From an uncultured Candidatus Binatia bacterium (lineage in GTDB: Bacteria > Desulfobacterota > Binatia > UBA9968 > JAJDTQ01): a stretch of DNA of 64,000 nucleotides. Each line of letters opens with the position of its first letter. The first letter of the stretch is position 1. This document shows positions 60,590 to 64,000 of the stretch, in pieces. The notes beneath the pieces are model-generated. The model did no database searches, was not told the origin of the DNA, and saw only the letters and a program-made list of their open reading frames with translations. The position numbers and the translations under genes are program-made. The stretch is from NCBI GenBank assembly GCA_964291295.2, contig OZ219754.1, positions 3,392,001 to 3,456,000 on the forward strand, read 5' to 3'.

Positions 60590-61546
60590 ATGGAAGTCAC
60601 CTACAAGGTTCATCGCAAGGATCCGGAGAAAGGCGGCGAATCGAGCTACTCCACCTACCAGGTGGACCTGCCCGAGGACGCCACGGTCCTGGACGGGCTC
60701 CAGAAGATCCGGGACGAACAGGATGACTCCCTGGCCTTCCGGGCATCCTGCTGCCAGGGCACCTGCGGCGAGTGCGCGGTGCGGATCAACTACAAGGCGC
60801 AGTTCACCTGCACCGCCAGGATCGCCGACCTCACCCGGAAGGCTCCGGAGATCCTGCTGGACCCGGTGCGCAACATCCCCGTGATCAAGGATCTGGTCTT
60901 CGACATGGACCGCTTCACCTGGGACAAGATGGCCGCCATGAAGCCGTGGATGGAGCCGGACGACGAGTTCGCTCCGACGGAGAACCTGGTTCCCGAGTCG
61001 GCCATGGCCGAGGTGCGCAAGACCATGAGTTGCCACCAGTGCGGCCTGTGCGACGAGGGCTGCGCGGTGTTGCCGGTGAACTTCGACTTCCTCGGCCCCG
61101 CCACCATGGTCAAGGGCTACCGCTTCGTGAAGGATCCGCGGGAGAGCGGAGCCAGGATGGACGCCCGCATGAAGCTGGTGGAGCAGCCCCAGGGGCTGTG
61201 GGACTGCGTCCACTGCTACGAGGCGGACGGCAAGTGCCCGCGCGGGCTGGCGCCGTCCAGCAAGATCATGGCGATGCGCGACGTGGCCTTCGATGAGGGC
61301 ATCAAGCACGAAAAGGTGGGCCGGCATCACGCGAGCTTCATCAACTCGGTGAAACAGACCGGCTGGCTTGATGAGCGCAAGCTGGCCATGGAGACCGAAG
61401 GCATGACCAACGTGGCCGGACTGGTGAAGCTTCTGCCCACCGCGGTGCGCGCCCTGCGGCGAGGGAAGATGCCCGGCCGTCACGAGAAACGCCCGGGGGC
61501 CGACCAGATCAAGCGCATTCTCGAGAAAGCGGAGGACTCCAGGTGA
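60590..61546 (+). CDS. sdhB: SdhB/FrdB iron-sulfur subunit
   Basis: FRASCCQGTCGEC, CHQCGLCDEGC, LWDCVHC...CP. Confidence 0.9.
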   Translation: MEVTYKVHRKDPEKGGESSYSTYQVDLPEDATVLDGLQKIRDEQDDSLAFRASCCQGTCGECAVRINYKAQFTCTARIADLTRKAPEILLDPVRNIPVIKDLVFDMDRFTWDKMAAMKPWMEPDDEFAPTENLVPESAMAEVRKTMSCHQCGLCDEGCAVLPVNFDFLGPATMVKGYRFVKDPRESGARMDARMKLVEQPQGLWDCVHCYEADGKCPRGLAPSSKIMAMRDVAFDEGIKHEKVGRHHASFINSVKQTGWLDERKLAMETEGMTNVAGLVKLLPTAVRALRRGKMPGRHEKRPGADQIKRILEKAEDSR

Positions 61547-62421
61547 AATATGCGTTCTATCCCGGATGTGTGGCCAAGGGCGGTTGTCCCGAGCTCTACA
61601 CCGCGGCCGTCAAGGTCGCCGGGAAACTCGACCTCGAACTCGAGGAGATGACCGACGTGGCGTGCACCGGCGCCGGCTGCATGCCCACGCAACTGTCCGA
61701 CCCCATCAACGCGCGGACCTTCGCCAAGGCGGAGCAGATGGGCCTCCCGGTCATGACCATCTGCAGCACCTGCCAGGGCGTTTTCAGCCAGGCCAACCGC
61801 AGGCTCCAGGACGCCGAGTACCGGGAAGCGGTCAACCGCGAGTACCTGGCCGAGGAAGGGCTCTCGTACCAGGGCACCACCGAGGTCAAGCACATGCTGT
61901 GGGTGCTGTTCGAGGACTACGGCATCGAGAAGCTCAAGCCGCTGATCGAGCGCCCCCTCCACGGCCTCAAGGTGTCCCCGTTCTATGGCTGCTTCCTGCG
62001 TCGGCCCGGAAACATCATGGTGCCCACCAAGGAGGTGGGTGGGCGCCGGACCTATCTGGAGGACCTCATCGGCACGCTGGGTGCCGAGAACGTCAACATC
62101 AGCGGCAAGACCAAGTGCTGCGGCTTCCCGATTCTCGCCGCCAACGAGGAGGCCTCTCTGGGCATGGTGGCCAAGCACGCCGGCGAGTCCAGGGAGAACG
62201 GTGCCGACTGCATGGTGACCCCCTGTCCGCTGTGCCATCTGAACCTCGACGGGAACCAGCCGCGAGCCGAGGGCCGAAAGGGTGCGAAGATCGACCTGCC
62301 GATCATCCACCTGCCGCAGCTCGTCGGCCTGGCGCTCGGCTTCGACACGGACGAGATGCAACTCGGCCGGCACATCGTATCCACCAGGGCCGTCAACGAC
62401 AAGGTCGACATGCTCACGTAG
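61543..62421 (+). CDS. CCG-domain subunit (HdrB/SdhE-like)
   Basis: YAFYPGC, CSTC, FYGC..RP, CCGF, TPCPLCHLNLD, HLPQL. Confidence 0.9.
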   Translation: MKYAFYPGCVAKGGCPELYTAAVKVAGKLDLELEEMTDVACTGAGCMPTQLSDPINARTFAKAEQMGLPVMTICSTCQGVFSQANRRLQDAEYREAVNREYLAEEGLSYQGTTEVKHMLWVLFEDYGIEKLKPLIERPLHGLKVSPFYGCFLRRPGNIMVPTKEVGGRRTYLEDLIGTLGAENVNISGKTKCCGFPILAANEEASLGMVAKHAGESRENGADCMVTPCPLCHLNLDGNQPRAEGRKGAKIDLPIIHLPQLVGLALGFDTDEMQLGRHIVSTRAVNDKVDMLT

Positions 62422-62425
62422 CGGG

Positions 62426-62629
62426 ATGGGCAAGGACGCATACAAGCCCAATCCCGTCAACCTGGCGCGGGAACTCTTCAAGTTCCGCAAGGCGCAACGT
62501 CCCTTCGGCTACTACTATGCCGTGAAGGTCCGGCTCGGCCATGCGTGGGTCGAGGACGAGACGGCGCTGGCGGAGATCCTGTCGGGCATCGACGAACTGG
62601 GTTACGAGGTGGTGAAGAAGCGGCAGTGA
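62426..62629 (+). CDS. Small hypothetical protein (67 aa) in the sdh/frd operon
   Basis: ATG 4 nt after the previous stop, host-like codon usage: MGKDAYKPNPVNLARELFK... Confidence 0.6.
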   Translation: MGKDAYKPNPVNLARELFKFRKAQRPFGYYYAVKVRLGHAWVEDETALAEILSGIDELGYEVVKKRQ

Positions 62630-62730
62630 CGGACTGACGGAGCCACTGCCGGTCACCGGCCCGCCGCCGGCGCCCGCAGGGTTCAGGCGGCAGCAGCACA
62701 CACGAGAGAAGGAGCGCGAAGCACCGTATC

Positions 62731-63489
62731 ATGAGCAGCATAGCAATCGACAGCAAGAGAACCCTGCGGCAGGATGCCTGGTGGCTTGAGCCGATGCTGG
62801 TGGTACTGGGTCTGGGCTGCTTTGCCGTCTACGCCACCTGGGCCGCGCTTCAGAACGGCAACTACTACGCGGCACCGTACCTTTCGCCCTTCTACTCGCC
62901 GTGCCTCGCCGTCAACTGCGCCCACGTGAGCGTGCCGCTCTTCGGCGAATGGTACCGCTGGTCGCCGGCGATCCTGATCCTGTGGATTCCGGGCGGCTTC
63001 CGGCTTACCTGCTACTACTACCGCAAGGCCTATTACCGCTCCTTCTTCTGGTCGCCTCCGGCCTGCGCGGTGCGGGATGCGCCCCGCGGCTACTCGGGAG
63101 AGACCCGCTTCCCCTTCATCCTGCAGAACATCCACCGGTATTTCTTCTGGGCGTCGTTGCCGGTCCTGGCATTCCTGTGGTGGGATGCGCTCATCGCGTT
63201 CAACTTCGACGGCAGCTTCGGCATCGGCCTGGGTACGCTGGTGCTGATGGCCAACGCGGCACTGCTGTCGCTCTACAGCTTTTCCTGCCACTCCTGCCGG
63301 CACCTGTGCGGCGGCGGCCTCAACAGCTTCAAGGCCGCGCCCGGACGCTTGAGGATCTGGGGCCTGGTGACCCGGCTCAACGAGAAGCACATGCAGATCG
63401 CTTGGGTGAGCCTCGTGTGGGTCGCCGTGACCGACGCCTACGTTCGACTGCTGGCCACCGGCGTCATACAGGATCCGAGGTTCATCTGA
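62731..63489 (+). CDS. Succinate dehydrogenase membrane anchor (actinobacterial Sdh1 / Rv0249c-like)
   Basis: YLSPFYSPC, FRLTCYYYRKAYYRSF, QNIHRYF, SCHSCRH. Confidence 0.85.
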   Translation: MSSIAIDSKRTLRQDAWWLEPMLVVLGLGCFAVYATWAALQNGNYYAAPYLSPFYSPCLAVNCAHVSVPLFGEWYRWSPAILILWIPGGFRLTCYYYRKAYYRSFFWSPPACAVRDAPRGYSGETRFPFILQNIHRYFFWASLPVLAFLWWDALIAFNFDGSFGIGLGTLVLMANAALLSLYSFSCHSCRHLCGGGLNSFKAAPGRLRIWGLVTRLNEKHMQIAWVSLVWVAVTDAYVRLLATGVIQDPRFI

Positions 63490-64000
63490 TGGCCCGCGAG
63501 AGCTGCGAGACTCACGAGTACGACGTGGTGGTGGTGGGGGCCGGGGGCGCGGGCCTGCGCGCCGGCATCGAAGCCCACGACAAGGGCGCCCGGACAGCCA
63601 TCGTCTGCAAGTCGCTGCTGGGCAAGGCCCACACGGTGATGGCCGAGGGCGGCATCGCCGCCGCCATGGGCAACGTCTGGCCCGAGGACAACTGGAAGGT
63701 GCACTTCCGCGACACCATGCGCGGCGGCAAGCTTCTGAACAACTGGCGCATGGCGCAGATTCACGCACAACAAGCTCCGGACCGGGTGCTGGAGCTGGAG
63801 GAATGGGGAGCGCTGTTCGACCGCACCGAGGAGGGCCTGATCCTGCAGCGTGATTTCGGCGGCCACCGCTACGCGCGTCTGGCGCACGTGGGCGACCGCA
63901 CCGGACTGGAGATGATCCGGACCCTGCAGCAACGGGCGGTGGCACTCGGCATCGACGTCTACATGGAGTGCAACATCCAGCACCTGCTGATGGACGGCGG
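63489..64000 (+). CDS. sdhA: Succinate dehydrogenase flavoprotein (Sdh1/Rv0248c-like), truncated by window end
   Basis: TGATG-coupled start; YDVVVVGAGGAGLRA, KSLLGKAHTVMAEGG (covalent His present), RDFGGH, DRTGLE. Confidence 0.93.
   Translation, partial: MARESCETHEYDVVVVGAGGAGLRAGIEAHDKGARTAIVCKSLLGKAHTVMAEGGIAAAMGNVWPEDNWKVHFRDTMRGGKLLNNWRMAQIHAQQAPDRVLELEEWGALFDRTEEGLILQRDFGGHRYARLAHVGDRTGLEMIRTLQQRAVALGIDVYMECNIQHLLMDG

Overview
GC-rich bacterial chromosomal window, mostly housekeeping and metabolic genes with a few small accessory patches. Main points: (1) a secreted DUF3179 protein that the ORF track splits in two is very probably one selenoprotein, with an in-frame TGA in a U-P-L-C motif and a SECIS-like hairpin. 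(2) A minus-strand C1/Mo-W cluster holds a NarM-like protein, formamidase fmdA, an AmiS/UreI channel, fmdB, fluC, a MobA-MoaD fusion, an aldehyde:ferredoxin oxidoreductase and an NAD-dependent formate dehydrogenase. (3) A 14-bp tandem repeat in front of trpBA reads as a chain of stop/start-coupled micro-ORFs. (4) A frameshifted rpn gene with an intact internal small ORF is bracketed by inverted IS630 ends. (5) There are two copies of a ~165-bp MITE-like element. (6) An XRE regulator, an uncharacterised protein, higBA and an IS1634 remnant form an islet. (7) Two different succinate dehydrogenase/fumarate reductase operons lie in tandem, the first lacking the covalent-FAD histidine and using a CCG-domain subunit. 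No rRNA, tRNA or CRISPR array was seen. All calls come from reading motifs by eye; no database searches were run.
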